63,007 nt of DNA, filler included, from Hausera hauseri (GCA_046269625.1; 12 parts of 12 records of this genome joined end to end with filler, not necessarily neighbours in it), one strand, 5' to 3'; positions 46,896 through 59,086 are shown, numbered from the whole stretch's first letter. The notes: generated from the sequence alone by a model not told the origin. Translations and numbers: made by a program.

Positions 46896-47105
46896 CTGCT
46901 CCCACTTCCATTTTTTAACAATACACATAGTTATACCCTCAACACAACACATTTACGCATTCCCACCCTTCAGACCCGCATTTCTTTCCTTGGTTTTTCT
47001 GACTTTTACCTCATCCATCACGGCACTGTCATACATCTCAACGAAACTTTACCTTTCTTTTCAAATCATGCTTGCTTCAACATACATCTCTGTATCCGTG
47101 GTGGC
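46896..47105 (+). CDS. Putative ubiquitin-like domain ending in RGG, in frame upstream of Gag
   Basis: 70 aa, ...DFYLIHHGTVIHLNETLPFFSNHACFNIHLCIRGG|M, paralleling ubiquitin [36 protein letters not shown]. Confidence 0.6.
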
Positions 47106-48399
47106 ATGAATTCTTTCCCAACTATTGACACCACGGATACAACCACCACAAAAATGCCAATACTTATTCTCTACTACTCCAAACCAAACCCTCTACCTAC
47201 TTCAATCCATGCAAATCCTCACAAAAATCCTACCAATACTTCAAACTGCACTGAATACTTCATAGATAATGAAAAGTCCAGTAAAACGTGGCTTTACTTC
47301 CATCAACTCTGGTTACAGTCCAACGGGATTATAGACTCCTTATCCAAAGCCCATAGCCAACTCTATCTTCTCACAAATTCCATAAAAGCCTCAATTAATA
47401 ACATACTAGACATCTTTCAACACCCTGACCCTTATACCCAACTATTCTATCTGTATTAAAACAGACAGAGCCTTCAATTGACTCCCTCATCCAACGTTTC
47501 TTTGATGAAAATGCAAAGGGGACACAAAAACCCAGCGACTTCCTACGCACCCCGTTTGCACACTTACGTACTCTTGGCGTAACTAAGAAGCACAACCCAG
47601 ATCTTCTACGCCACTATTTTCTTAATGCGCTACCTATCCAAATCCGGGCTTTTTTACCATGGTGGGAGACTTCACGCCGCTTGAAAAATTGGCCGAATTG
47701 GCCGATAGGACACGATGTCCTACACGCAAATTCTCCACCAATCGTTTCAGCAGCAGTTACCGCTAACAATAATACATCTATAGAACAACAACTTAATCAG
47801 CTACGTGCTGAAAACATTGCATTACATGCAACGATCAACAACATCAATAATAAAATGAACGAATTGTCTCTGTCCCGCCGAGGGGGTTTCGCCGCTGATC
47901 GTACCCGTTTTGCATTATGAAACCGCCCACCATCGCCTGCGCGTGCGTCGATCTGATATTACAACAGCAGATTCCACACTAATGCCCAGGAATGCTGCCT
48001 AGGATGCCAATTTTATAACAAGAAATTTTTCTCGAGCACCGTTATTTGCATTTACTATGCAAGGTTCAAAAATCAAGATAGTAAATGTATCCCTGGCTGT
48101 ACCTTCAAATTCAATACGAACGACGGATGTACTGCCTTTCCTTCCAACAGTCGTCCCAGTTCACCCTTCCAAAAAAGCTAAGTTTGCCGCCAGCAGTCAC
48201 GGCAAACTCTGGCGATGGCACTAATTCACACTCTGAACGCCGACACGTCTCTTTTGCAGTCTTTACTCTAAAGGCTGCAATCACTGTCCCTTTAACACAA
48301 TCTATAGACTTTCTCATCGATACAGGTGCAGCAATTTCTTTACTACTATCAACTTTTCCCACACAAAATACTCTATTCAAGATCAAACCCTTATACACT

Positions 48400-48812
48400 T
48401 GTTTGTATCAGAAATTTATTCTTTCGTTTCTTTATTATTTCTTTTACTTTCTTATTTATTTTCTTCAATTTTTTATCTTTTTTCATTATCACAGCTTTTG
48501 AAATTCAAAGAAATCGATTTAACACGATTACTAATTATATTATATATACACATTTACAAAGTTACTCTTTTACTGCAACAAAACAAAAACATACACAATT
48601 TGCAAGAAAGTTCATATCATCGGAAGATTTGTTATCACAATTTATTTTCATGATCTTGGATCCTGATTATTACAATGATATATATACATATTCACTGGCA
48701 GCTTTCTATTATAATTCCGCCTATTTTGTCACGTCATCCACACCGATATACACCACTGTCCGCCGTCTCAATTCCCCATTTCTTACTTTAGTTAATTATT
48801 TTAGTGTATACA
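48400..48812 (-). mobile_element. 413-bp solo LTR with a 5-bp TSD, inserted in the Gypsy protease
   Basis: Termini TGT...ACA; ACACT duplicated at 48395-48399 and 48813-48817; removing it restores PLYTALDQSLHISG (cf. FTASGQPLHITG in a sister element). Confidence 0.85.
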
Positions 48813-49870
48813 ACACTGCTTTAGACCAATCGCTGCACATTTCTGGCACGACTGCATTATCTTTCACTGCCGAATTTTCTTTCCGCCTTCCACTGGACGT
48901 TCATAGTCGCTAATGTCCAGTCGGAAATTCTAGGATCTGATTTTCTCTCAAACTACAACTTACTGGTTGACTGCAGTCAGCGATGTTTGAGGAAAGGCAT
49001 TGTTGGCGACATTTCTGGACATGTAAATAGCATTTGAACTATCGCACAGCCGACCGGAATGCGGGAGTCAATCTTAAAAAAGTCAACGAATAATTCGATT
49101 TTTTATAACAATAATTTTATTCGTAAATTTTTAAATAATAATATTGACATTCGATCGAAGTTCAATGTCGATAATTGTGGTACTGCTACCAAAGCTAACT
49201 CATTCGACGAAAATACCTTAGCCAACACCATTTTCAATTCAACCATCTTACACCAAATACCACTTGACTGCACATCACCAAACAACTCACACATTACATC
49301 TGATACTACTCAAGCCGTTTCACCACTTCAACCTAATCTCTCACAGTTACCTACAACTTTACAACAGTTTGTCAACACAGCATGTCCACGCGTACTCAAA
49401 AAAGACCGTACCTTTACTTCCGCAAACAGCACCTTAAACCACATAGTCACACAGGACCAACGTCCAATACGCCAGACAGTACGGTCTCTGTCACCTCGTC
49501 GTAGACAGGCCATAGAAGCCGAATTTCTTGAGCTAGAACGTTCTGACATAGTACGCCGTTCCAAATCTCTTTGGTCATCACCGTTACACGTTGTACAAAA
49601 AAGGACGGTACCTTTAGGCCATGCGGTGACTACCGACAGCTAAACAACTTGACTGTCATGGACGCGTATTCTTTACCACTTATCAAGGATATTCTGCATC
49701 GTCTTAACTCAACCACCATCTATTCAACCATTGATTTAGCTAAAGCATACCATCAAATACCGGTAGCACCNNNNNNNNNNNNNNNNNNNNNNNNNNNNNN
49801 NNNNNNNNNNNNNNTTAATTAATTAANNNNNNNNNNNNNNNNNNNNNNNNNNNNNNNNNNNNNNNNNNNN

Positions 49871-51280
49871 GCGGGTGTCATCTGGCAGCCAGCATTTCAG
49901 TAGATCTTCTTTCTGTGGTATTTCACCTTCGAGTATTTTCCGCTCTGTATTTCCTGCAACGAGACCGGAACGACCTCCAAGCAGTTGTTTTGTGAAATTC
50001 ACTTTTGGAAACATAGTATCGTTGGAACGATTTTCTAAATTTTCTGTGCGATATTTGAAATTGCTATCTTTCTGATTGTTTGGTGAGTTTGATTCGAAAT
50101 AAACGGTAGTCGGAAAGGAAGGAGAATTCTCGTTGGACTACGAAAGAGCTAGTGAGAATGTACGATAAGTATTGTTCAGATAATCGTCGATTTTTAACAT
50201 TTTGTTCGGTGGTTGATTGAATGCTAAATTGTTATTATCACAATCGGATTTTCGAGAACTGTTGTGAGATTTATGAAAAGGTAAATCGTTTGTGCTATAA
50301 GATTTATGAAAGGATTCTATCTGACTAAGTTCGTTATGATGATTATTTGCTTGTTTTTTGATTTATGTGATGATTTGCATTTCTTGAAACCATTCGAATC
50401 AACAGGGGCAGCACCACAAGCATTGCGGAATGTTTTGTACGGATCGATCGCCTTGTCGATGCATATATGAATATGTTTATCAGTTAGTGATGCCAATTGT
50501 TTATTCCGTGAATCGATTAACACGGTTCTTTCGACGACGGTATACTCTTTCTCATTATCGCCTTTATCAAACTGTTCTACGTTCGGCCCAATGTTATCGG
50601 CGGGTATTATATATTGGTCCGTTTGACTGTCGAACGTTTCATTAGATTTAACCGTATCAGAATTTTGAACGTACATGTGGGTCTGTTGAAAATCTCACCG
50701 ACATTAAGACCTTTAATTCCATATTCCATTGAAATTCCCATAATTTCAATTTCAATGTTGTCGCCAATGTTACATAATTGTTCAAAAATAGTCTCACCCG
50801 ATGGATCAGTAATTGTAATAAAGTATCGATCTTCCTGTGGATATTCAGTAATAACGTACAAATCATCGGGAATATCATAATCGCCACATTTTGTTTTGGA
50901 AGAAAGACTGAGATTTGATAATTTGGCATTACGATTTTCGCTGTCAGACGTGTCGTTTTGTAGCAGTAGAGTAAATTCACTATTATTCATAGTTGTTGTT
51001 TCATCTCGAGATCGTAATGGACTTGATTTAACGTACGACGAGATAATTTCCCGGTCAACCATCGGGTCTGTTATTTGCAAAAGGAAATTTTGTGCCTGGA
51101 TGTACGAATCATTTGCATTGAAAATTTCGGCAACTCCATTAAGTCTCTCCAGAAATTCTATCGGTAGGAGAGAGAAAAAGGATAAAGTTCTGTCTGTAGG
51201 AGTAATGAATTGACTCTACGACCATGTTTCATGTATTATTATCCACGTTAATGCGCTGCCGTTGTTGAGAAAGAACGGCG
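49871..51280 (-). pseudogene. Unidentified frameshifted host-like coding sequence
   Basis: Overlapping minus-strand ORFs 50607-51080, 50317-50676 and 49871-50014 suggest one broken long ORF; no motif recognised. Confidence 0.3.
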
Positions 51281-52002
51281 TGCATGGGAAATGATGGTGG
51301 GTTCCAGAAACAAATGTTGCTTAATCTTGGATGTATATAGTTAAAATATGATATTTAAAATATTTCGATTTAGAAATGGGATCAAAGCACCATACATCAA
51401 AATATCAGTGGTTAATACATTTTCCACAAAATTTAATCGATATGCATTATTAAACTATATAAAATATTTCAAATACAAAAAATTATTGCAATACTTATTG
51501 TGTTGTACTGAATGTTTTCGACTGGTTCCTCGATCTCCTCTCAACTAGACAACAATCGAATACCCGAGCTAACTTTATGGATCGACGTATTATATTTAGT
51601 TAAATCCAACGAAATTGTAAAATTGGGTTTATTATTATTGCTAATTTGAAAACATCTTACATGTATATCGGAATATGAACCTTTTAATTCAACTCAAAAT
51701 TAATTACTATTCTAAGATATAAAAAATGAGATACAGATTAAATTGCCTCCAACATTTATTTGATAACTACTATTAGTAATATAATTAACCAATAGAATTG
51801 AAGGACGTCAAGGTTAATTGGTTTAAAAATCTTAACTACATTTAAAATGTTTAACGGCTAATTTTTATATTTCTAATAATAATGACCTTGACCACAAATG
51901 ACCTTTTGGTGCGTTGTCAAAGTGAAAGGCGTACTTCTTTGACGTATTCATTGAGTACAATAGAGAGTTTGTACTAACTGTCTTTAAATTCATCTAATTC
52001 AT

Positions 52003-52638
52003 TTAGGTCGCGATCTGAAAATCGGTTATCTGTTTTATCATCTGCTCCCGTCTGTGATGATACACCATATAGACTAAACGAACAATTCTTCCGACTTCGA
52101 TAACTAATGAATCTATCAGTGATTTCATCTGAATCTTTTCGATCAACTTCATTCTAGTATCCTTCAAACGAAATATCATCTTCATCAGTAACAATATTCT
52201 CGTTGTCTTCATTATTAACCATTTCACTCACCGTCAACGATGATGAATGTGAAATGCCTGACGCTGTAGTATTTTCAAAGATCTGATTACAAGAATTGCT
52301 AATTTCTATCTCTCCATGAGGATAACAATTTACAGATTCGTTATTATTAATACCGAGAGTACAAAAGTCATCTAATGTTATGATGGGTATTTTGGGAAAA
52401 TCGTCGTCTGAAACATTTCGAACGACTGGATTAGCAACTTTATTCTGCGGATTTAATTCATATTCTCGATGAGAATATAACTTTGATGTGCTTGGTGTGC
52501 TGAAAGCCGTTAAGGCATTTGAATGAACCTTTATATGGGATTTGTCAATGTCAGATATTTTTGACAAAGCAACATTTGAGACCAATCGATGATTAGGGTC
52601 GAATCGTAACAGGTCACTAAGAAGATTTCGAAACTTTC
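52003..52638 (-). pseudogene. Protein kinase C-terminal fragment plus tail, truncated by an LTR
   Basis: FRNLLSDLLRFDPNHRLVSNVAL matches kinase subdomain XI (LL..LL.FDP..R....AL). Confidence 0.5.
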
Positions 52639-52833
52639 TGTCAACACGTCGCAATACACCTCGCTATGACCAAACCTTGTTTATCTATATGCCTTCCATA
52701 TTCAAGGATTGCATTCTTAAAGCGAAGAGTCGGACTCGATTATCGATCCGGCGCGGCGATAACGGACGCCCGGCCGTGTCCGACCAAATGAGCCAAAGGG
52801 CACCGGCCGCGGTGGGGACCACATCACCCCCCG
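52639..52833 (-). repeat. 3' LTR (starting at 52823) and polypurine tract of a Gypsy element; left boundary approximate
   Basis: Minus strand GGCACGGGGGGTGA-TGTGGTCCCC directly downstream of integrase; same sequence family as the LTRs at 40291 and 61003. Confidence 0.8.
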
Positions 52834-54041
52834 TGCCAAATTGAAAACTATAAAGATCAAAACAGACGGAAAGAAAAATCACTAAACGTTAAAAAGTGTC
52901 TGTGTCAGATAGTTTTAGTGTGAACAAGACGTTGGGTGCCTTCTACTGATTTCTCCCTGCTATACATGCTAAATGTGACTCTGCGTGTTTTGTCTTTATG
53001 CGGTGTGTTTGCTTGCAGAGGTTGAAGTTAGGAAAAAAGTTGTCAGATTTTGTTGTGAGTGATGTGTCGTGCAAAGACGAGTCAGAATGAAGAGAAGAAG
53101 AAGGTGAAGGAGGAAGGGAGATTGTTGAAGATGGAAGGTTGAAGGTGTTCGAGAAAGAGTTAGAAGACAATGGACTGAGAAAAGGTTAAGTGGTGGGTGA
53201 AGGAGGAGAGACGAAAGTTGGCATGGAAATTTGAAATGTATTAGGCGAAAGAGTAGGAGTAGAAAATGAAACAGAGGTAGTGGTAGAGATAGGAAGGCAG
53301 ATGTGAACAAAAGGAGAAGGCGTGGAAGATGATGAAGCAGAACTAGGAGCAGAAGGAGGAGTTGGAAGAGGTGTAGCGATAGAAATAGGAATAGAAGGAA
53401 ATGTAGGAGTCAGCAAAGGGGTTGACATGTCGATTGGTGCAGTGTCGTCGACGAAGAAAGCGGGATTTAGGTTGGTAATATGTACCGTAAGTTCTTTGCT
53501 GTCTTTAGAGATAATAGCATCATGTGAATGCAGCTGTATCAGTTTATAGGTCCCCAGATACCGCGGCTAAAAGCCACGGGGCGTCTGATTTTTTAGCCAC
53601 ACGAATTTTGCCGAATACAAGTCTTCGGGTAAATATGTTTTGTCTTTGTGAAGTATCCTTCAGAACGAATCTTTGCTGACCGTGGCGAAGTGATTTTTCG
53701 CCGCCGGTATCATTTCATCTGTAGGAGTGTCGTCTAGTGCAGTTAGTTCGAATAATGATCGTACAGGAGCTCTGAAAAAGGCTTCGGTAGGTAAACATCG
53801 CGTAGAAGTAGACGGAGTGTTCCGCCAACCAAGCAGAACAAACGGAAGAAGATTCGTAACTAGTGTTGGACTCTGCAAGGATTCTTAGTGATGTTTTCAA
53901 TGTTCGGTGGAAGCGTTCTAGGAGGCCATTTGATTGGAGATGGTAAGGTGTAATATGTATATGATGGATCTCCAATCGGTTAACAAGGGATTTGAACAGG
54001 TTTGATTCAAATTGTGGACCCTGGTCCGTGATGATGAAACG
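52834..54041 (-). mobile_element. Gypsy integrase core, GPY motif and Ser/Pro-rich 3' extension
   Basis: ITDQGPQFES, TPYHLQSNGLLERFHRTLKTSL, LPFVLLGWRNTP, RYLGTY (GPY-like). Confidence 0.9.
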
Positions 54042-54141
54042 NNNNNNNNNNNNNNNNNNNNNNNNNNNNNNNNNNNNNNNNNNNNTTAATTAATTAANNN
54101 NNNNNNNNNNNNNNNNNNNNNNNNNNNNNNNNNNNNNNNNN

Positions 54142-56960
54142 CAGCAGATCGAGTTTGGCTATATAATGATCTGAAGCACAACTATGACTTCCAATGTATT
54201 AAGTTCCCACCATCCATATATGAAGTAAAGAAGTTCAGTCGAATCAACAAAATATCCATCAACATCATTGGATTGGATGATAAGGACAAATTCTATCCCC
54301 TGCAGATATATTATACTGAATTGGAAGATCATAGGAATCTGTTCCTACTAAACGATGGAGAAAAGAAACATTATGTATATGGATCAAGAACTTTGAACGT
54401 TTAGTCAGATCCCAAATTACGAAACACACAACAAGAATATAAATATGCAAACGATGCTTTTCCCATTTCAGTGGTGATGCAGCAGTGAACGAGCTTGCAG
54501 AGCACAAGATGTACTGCAACAAAAATTACTGAATCAGGCCAGAATTTCCCAAGGAGAATTACATTGAATTCAAGGAGTTCGAGAAAAAGCTCAAGGTCTC
54601 AATTGTCGTCTATTGCGACTTTGAAGCTATTCTCAGGCTAGTTCACACATGCACTCCCAGTCCTCAACATAGCAGCACGACGGCATACCAATATCATGAA
54701 CTCTCATCATATTGCATGTATGCCAAAAGACTGAACAGTGAACCACTTCTATTCAGAGGCACAGGTGCAGCAGCACATTTCATGAAACGACTTGAAGATA
54801 TGGCTCATAAGTTTGAAAATATGCTTTAGCAGCACAAGGATACAATGAGCATGTCGTGGAAACAGGCAGAAAAATGGTGCAAGGCAACAACATGTTACTT
54901 GTGCGACAAGTCCTTCATCAAGGAAAATCATAAAGTCAAAGATCATTGCCATTTTACAGGTACATATCGAGGAGCAGTATGCAATAACTGCAGTCTTTGA
55001 TGCAAAACATGTACATATGTGACTGTAGTATTCCATAATCACAGTAACTATGATTTCCATTTTATAGTCCGAGAATTAGGCAGCATTGAAGGAAACATTG
55101 AGGTGATCCCTAATAGTGAGGAGAAGTATATCACATTTACAAAACATGTTGGGAAAATCAGGCTTTGATTTATAGACAGCTTTTGTTTGATGTCGTCTTC
55201 ACTTGATAGTTTAGTGAAAAACGTCCATGCAGAAGAACTCAAGGAGACGAAGCGATTCTTCCTCACTACCTTCGACCTGGTTAAAAGTAACGGCGTGTTT
55301 CCCTATGACTACATAACCTCATGGAAAACATTGGATGAGACATCATTGCTGGACAAGAAGGACTTTTACAATATCCTCTCGGATTTTGATATCAGTGATG
55401 TTGACTACCAGCAGGCACAGAATGTCTGGTATGCATTTCAATGCAAAACAATAGGGAATACAGCGACATATACCTCAAGACGGACGTGCTGCTGCTGACG
55501 GACGTCTTTGTGAGCTTCGAGTATGTTACAATGAAGAGCAATGATTTAAATCCGGCTCATTTCTTTACGGCTCCAGAGATGAGCTGGGCAGCAATGCTGA
55601 GATATAGAGGTATTAGGCTGCAGATCATTAAGGATTACGACATGATCCTTATGATCGAGAGAGGCATTAGCGACAGAATATGCCAGGACATTCACCGGTA
55701 TAGCAAAGTCAATAACAAGTATATATCCGAATAGGACTCATCCAAGGAATCCTCATATATATCATACCTAGATGCCAACAACTTGTATGGATGGGCAATG
55801 AGCGTCCAATTGCCATATGATAACTTTAAATTGGTCGAGAATCCGGAAAACATCCCTATATTGGACCTCAATCCCACTGGAGATACGGGATACATACTGC
55901 AGGTGGATATGGAATATTCGGCTTCCATCCACGCAAGGCATCAACAGCTGCCTTTCCTCCCTGAGAGCAGGCCTCCGCCCCATGGCAAGCAGAGAAAGTT
56001 GCTCTGTCATCTGGGTAATAGGGAGAGGTATATAGTCCACCACATAATCTCCAGCATGCAGTTAGACATGGACTTCGTATTACCAAGATCCATGGAGCCT
56101 TCTACTTCAGCCAGTCCATGTGGCTGTAGTCAGTCATAGATCTCAATACCAAGCTGCGGACTAATGCCAAGAATGACTTTGAGAAGGATAAATTTAAGCT
56201 TTACAACAACTCAGTCTTTGGCAAGGCCATGGAGAATATCCGGAACAGGATCAACATCGATTTGGTCTCTGAGTGGAAGCGAACAAAGAAGCTCATTGCC
56301 AAGCCCAACTTCCACACCAGCATTATATATGCTGAGAACTTGGTCAGCATCCATATGCTGAAAACAGCATTGGTATTAAGCAAGCAAATATATGTGGGTA
56401 TGGCGATATTAGATCTATCAAAAACCCTAATGTACAGATTCCATTACGATATAATGGTCCCCAAGTTCAAGTCCATGCAGCTGACGTACATAAATATTGA
56501 TAGTTTTATCTATCAGATCCATACAAATGATATTTATGAGGACTTTGCCCAGTTGGCCCAACATATGGATACCTTGGCCTATCCGAAGGATCATCCCAAA
56601 TATTCAACGGCCAATAAGAAAGTCCTAGGGAAATTCAAAGACGAGGTGAATGGAGCAATCATCTCGAGATTTGTAGCTCTCAGGTTCAACATGTATGCTC
56701 TAGACATATGTGGTCAGATCAAAAAGAGAGCCAAGGGAGCTCAAAGAGCTACATTGGCCAAGACAATTAACTTCAATGACTATGTGAGAGTTCTGCAAGA
56801 GCAGATTCATATCATATCAGAGATGCGAAGGATCCAGTCTAGAGATCATAACATCCATACAGTAACATTGCATAAGAAAACCCTAGATTGGATGGATGAC
56901 ACGAGTCAAACCCTGAGCAATGGAATCCACACACTACCTCACGGACATGTGGCATTGTAA
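54142..56960 (+). mobile_element. Polinton family A pPolB (vOTU end through C-terminus), decayed
   Basis: YCDFEA; CYLCDKSF..KVKDHCHFTG.YRGA.CNNC; KGVFPYDY-like; YLKTDVLLLTDVF; YLDANNLYGWAMS; ENIRNRINIDLV; KKVLGKFKDE; KKRAKG; TLPHGH. Confidence 0.95.
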
Positions 56961-57071
56961 ATATTGTTATTCATTGTTGTAAGTAATTACTATATAGGTT
57001 AAGACCAACTAATTTCATAATACATTTATTTAGTAACATTATAACTTTGACATAACGCTAAACACTTTTTA

Positions 57072-57745
57072 GTGTGTGTGTGTGCTTATCTGTGCTTGTA
57101 AAATCTAGGTAATCTGAAAAAAGATATATCCCAGATATATGTCAGTATGCTTGTGCATGTAAAATGTAAATAATTTGAGAAATGAGTAATTAAGATATAT
57201 GGTGTGTGTGTGCTTGTGTGCATGTGCATGTAAAATGCAACTAACCTTAGAAAAGGTATATATATCTCAGGTATATGTCAATGTGTGTATGTGGTTGTGT
57301 GCATGTGCATGTCTGTGTGTAAAGTGCAACTCACATGAGAAAAGTTATATCTCAGGTATATGTCAGTGTGATTGCCTGTGTGTGTTTCTCTGTGCTTTTA
57401 AAATGTAAGTAACCTGAGAAAAGATATATCCCAGATATATGTCAGTGTGCTTGTGCATGTAAAATGTAAGTAACTTGAGAAATGAATGATTAAGGTATAT
57501 GGTGTGTACTTGTGTTCATATCTGTGCATGTAAGTGCAACTAACCTGAGAAAAGGTATATCTCAGGTACATGTCAGTATGTTTGCTTGTGTGCATGTCTG
57601 TGAATGTAAAGTGCAATTAACCTGAGAAAATGTATAGCTCAGATATATATTTGTGCATGTATGTAAATTGCAATTAACTTGGGAAAATGTATAGCTCAGT
57701 TATATGTATGTATGCTTGTGCATGTGTGTAAAATACAAGTAATAT
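57072..57745. repeat. Tandem minisatellite: about 9-10 units of about 60-90 bp, with a 300-bp higher-order period and a hairpin in each unit
   Basis: Core TAACCTGAGAAAAGGTATATCTCAGGTATATGTCAG at about 57110, 57171, 57241, 57331, 57410, 57471, 57541, 57618 and 57675. Confidence 0.9.
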
Positions 57746-57921
57746 TTAGCTATGAGTAATATGCTGGTAATATAGATTGCGTAATATATGGACAATTTAG
57801 GTAAAATACAAGATAAATCATTTATATGAGGTATATCGGTAATTATTCAATAAATCAATTCAATGCCCCAATACACTTATAATTAAAACAAAAATTGTAT
57901 TACTCTGTCATTATTACAAAA

Positions 57922-58200
57922 ATGAGAAGTACATGCCCAATTTGTCTCGATGATAGGAACCATTTCAATGCAAGAATGCTAACATGTAAAGATCATATAT
58001 GCTGCATTGATTGCTTCAAAACTGGGATGTGATACAACAGTACTTGTCCAATTTGTAGGACAGAATGTTATCATGTCGTTGTTCAAGATGATTATGGGCA
58101 GGTGATAAACGTCGTATTTGTGCTGCCAGCGATAATTCATTCGGACGATGATGAAGACAATGATGATGATACTGTCATTAAAGATGTTGTACATGTGTTG
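57922..58200 (+). pseudogene. RING-finger (C3HC4-like) protein with an acidic tail and one in-frame TGA (58030-58032); not in the ORF track
   Basis: MRSTCPICLDDRNHFNARMLTCKDHICCIDCFKTGM*YNSTCPICRTECY...SDDDEDNDDD. Confidence 0.8.
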
Positions 58201-58300
58201 NNNNNNNNNNNNNNNNNNNNNNNNNNNNNNNNNNNNNNNNNNNNTTAATTAATTAANNNNNNNNNNNNNNNNNNNNNNNNNNNNNNNNNNNNNNNNNNNN

Positions 58301-58954
58301 CATCTTTAAAACAAACGCAAACTGGATAACCGATTCGCCCTTCTGTTGCGTTCTAATCTGAAATACCATCGGCTTTTGTTGTTGGGTTACCGTCGGCAAT
58401 AATTTCGTATTCTATGCCACTACTAGTGACGTCCAATCTTTCCTTTCTTCATCCGTTAGCTCTGCGAAGGCATCTGCGGCCAAGTTCTTCAAGTAAAGTG
58501 ATAATCTCTTGATCATTTGTTGAGGCTCTAATCCTATGCCTTTGGAGTAAAGTTTATAAGTTTTAAGAAATTCATTCAATCCTTCTGGATCACCGTCATA
58601 TGCTGGCAAGTTTAACGACTCGTATGTATAGATCTCCAGTTTCTGTCTGGCTGTAGTGTTATCAGCTGCCATCGTATTTATATTTACGTTACCTGTATTA
58701 TCTAACTGGCGCCGATTGCTTGGTTTAGGTGGGATTTTGAATAATACCTCTCGTTCTATGTCCAATGAGTTTGCTAAATTTTCTTGTGACTCAGATAATG
58801 TACGTCTTTCTTTGAACTCTGCTTTTGCTTTACTACGGGTTTGTCTTATTTTCTGATTCTCTTTGTCGTTTAGATTCAAATATTCGAATTTACTATGCTT
58901 GGCAATATTCGTACTTTTAACCCAATTAATTAGATACAGATACTTATATCCCAA
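58301..58954 (-). mobile_element. Ty3/Gypsy gag (third family), 5' part
   Basis: LPAYDGDPEGLNEFLKTY, LSLYLKNLAADAFAEL..EE..DW..L, RTQQKGESVIQF (major-homology-region-like). Confidence 0.8.
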
Positions 58955-59072
58955 ATTTTATACTCTAGTCAATTCTAATATTCAATTAATTGGTGTGATG
59001 CGCTGATCGCGGGTATGTTCTTTAATTAACTCTGAGCTGAAGTAATAGTCTAGCGAGATGAAAACTGTCCTT

Positions 59073-59084
59073 CTAGGGTCGCCA
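59073..59084 (-). promoter_or_regulatory. Primer-binding site TGGCGACCCTAG, 2 nt after the LTR end
   Basis: Minus strand ...ATCTAACA-TT-TGGCGACCCTAG, upstream of gag. Confidence 0.75.
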
Positions 59085-59086
59085 AA

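Larger units (their letters stand above)
46803..49770 (+). mobile_element. Ty3/Gypsy retrotransposon (CsRn1-like): ubiquitin-like domain-Gag, protease, start of RT; decayed
   Basis: Gag W...L..NGI...K...DIFQHPDPYTQL, QRFFDENAKG.QKPSDFL, two CHCC-like knuckles; protease DFLIDTGAAISLL; RT SKSLWSSPLHVV, RPCGDYRQLN, IDLAKAYHQIP; homologous to the 5218-8190 element. Confidence 0.93.

Noticed and set aside
48326-48913. Phe/Ile-rich ORFs as membrane or Env proteins
   Set aside because: They arise from the T-rich solo LTR at 48400-48812
57072-57745. CRISPR-like array (palindromic repeat with variable spacers)
   Set aside because: The spacers are homologous TG-rich sequence with higher-order periodicity, the repeats are degenerate, there are no cas genes, and the context is eukaryotic
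4008-58300. Regularly recurring TTAATTAATTAA as a biological repeat or array
   Set aside because: Always centred in 44+44 Ns; it is an assembly linker. Gene order across these spacers was not used as evidence
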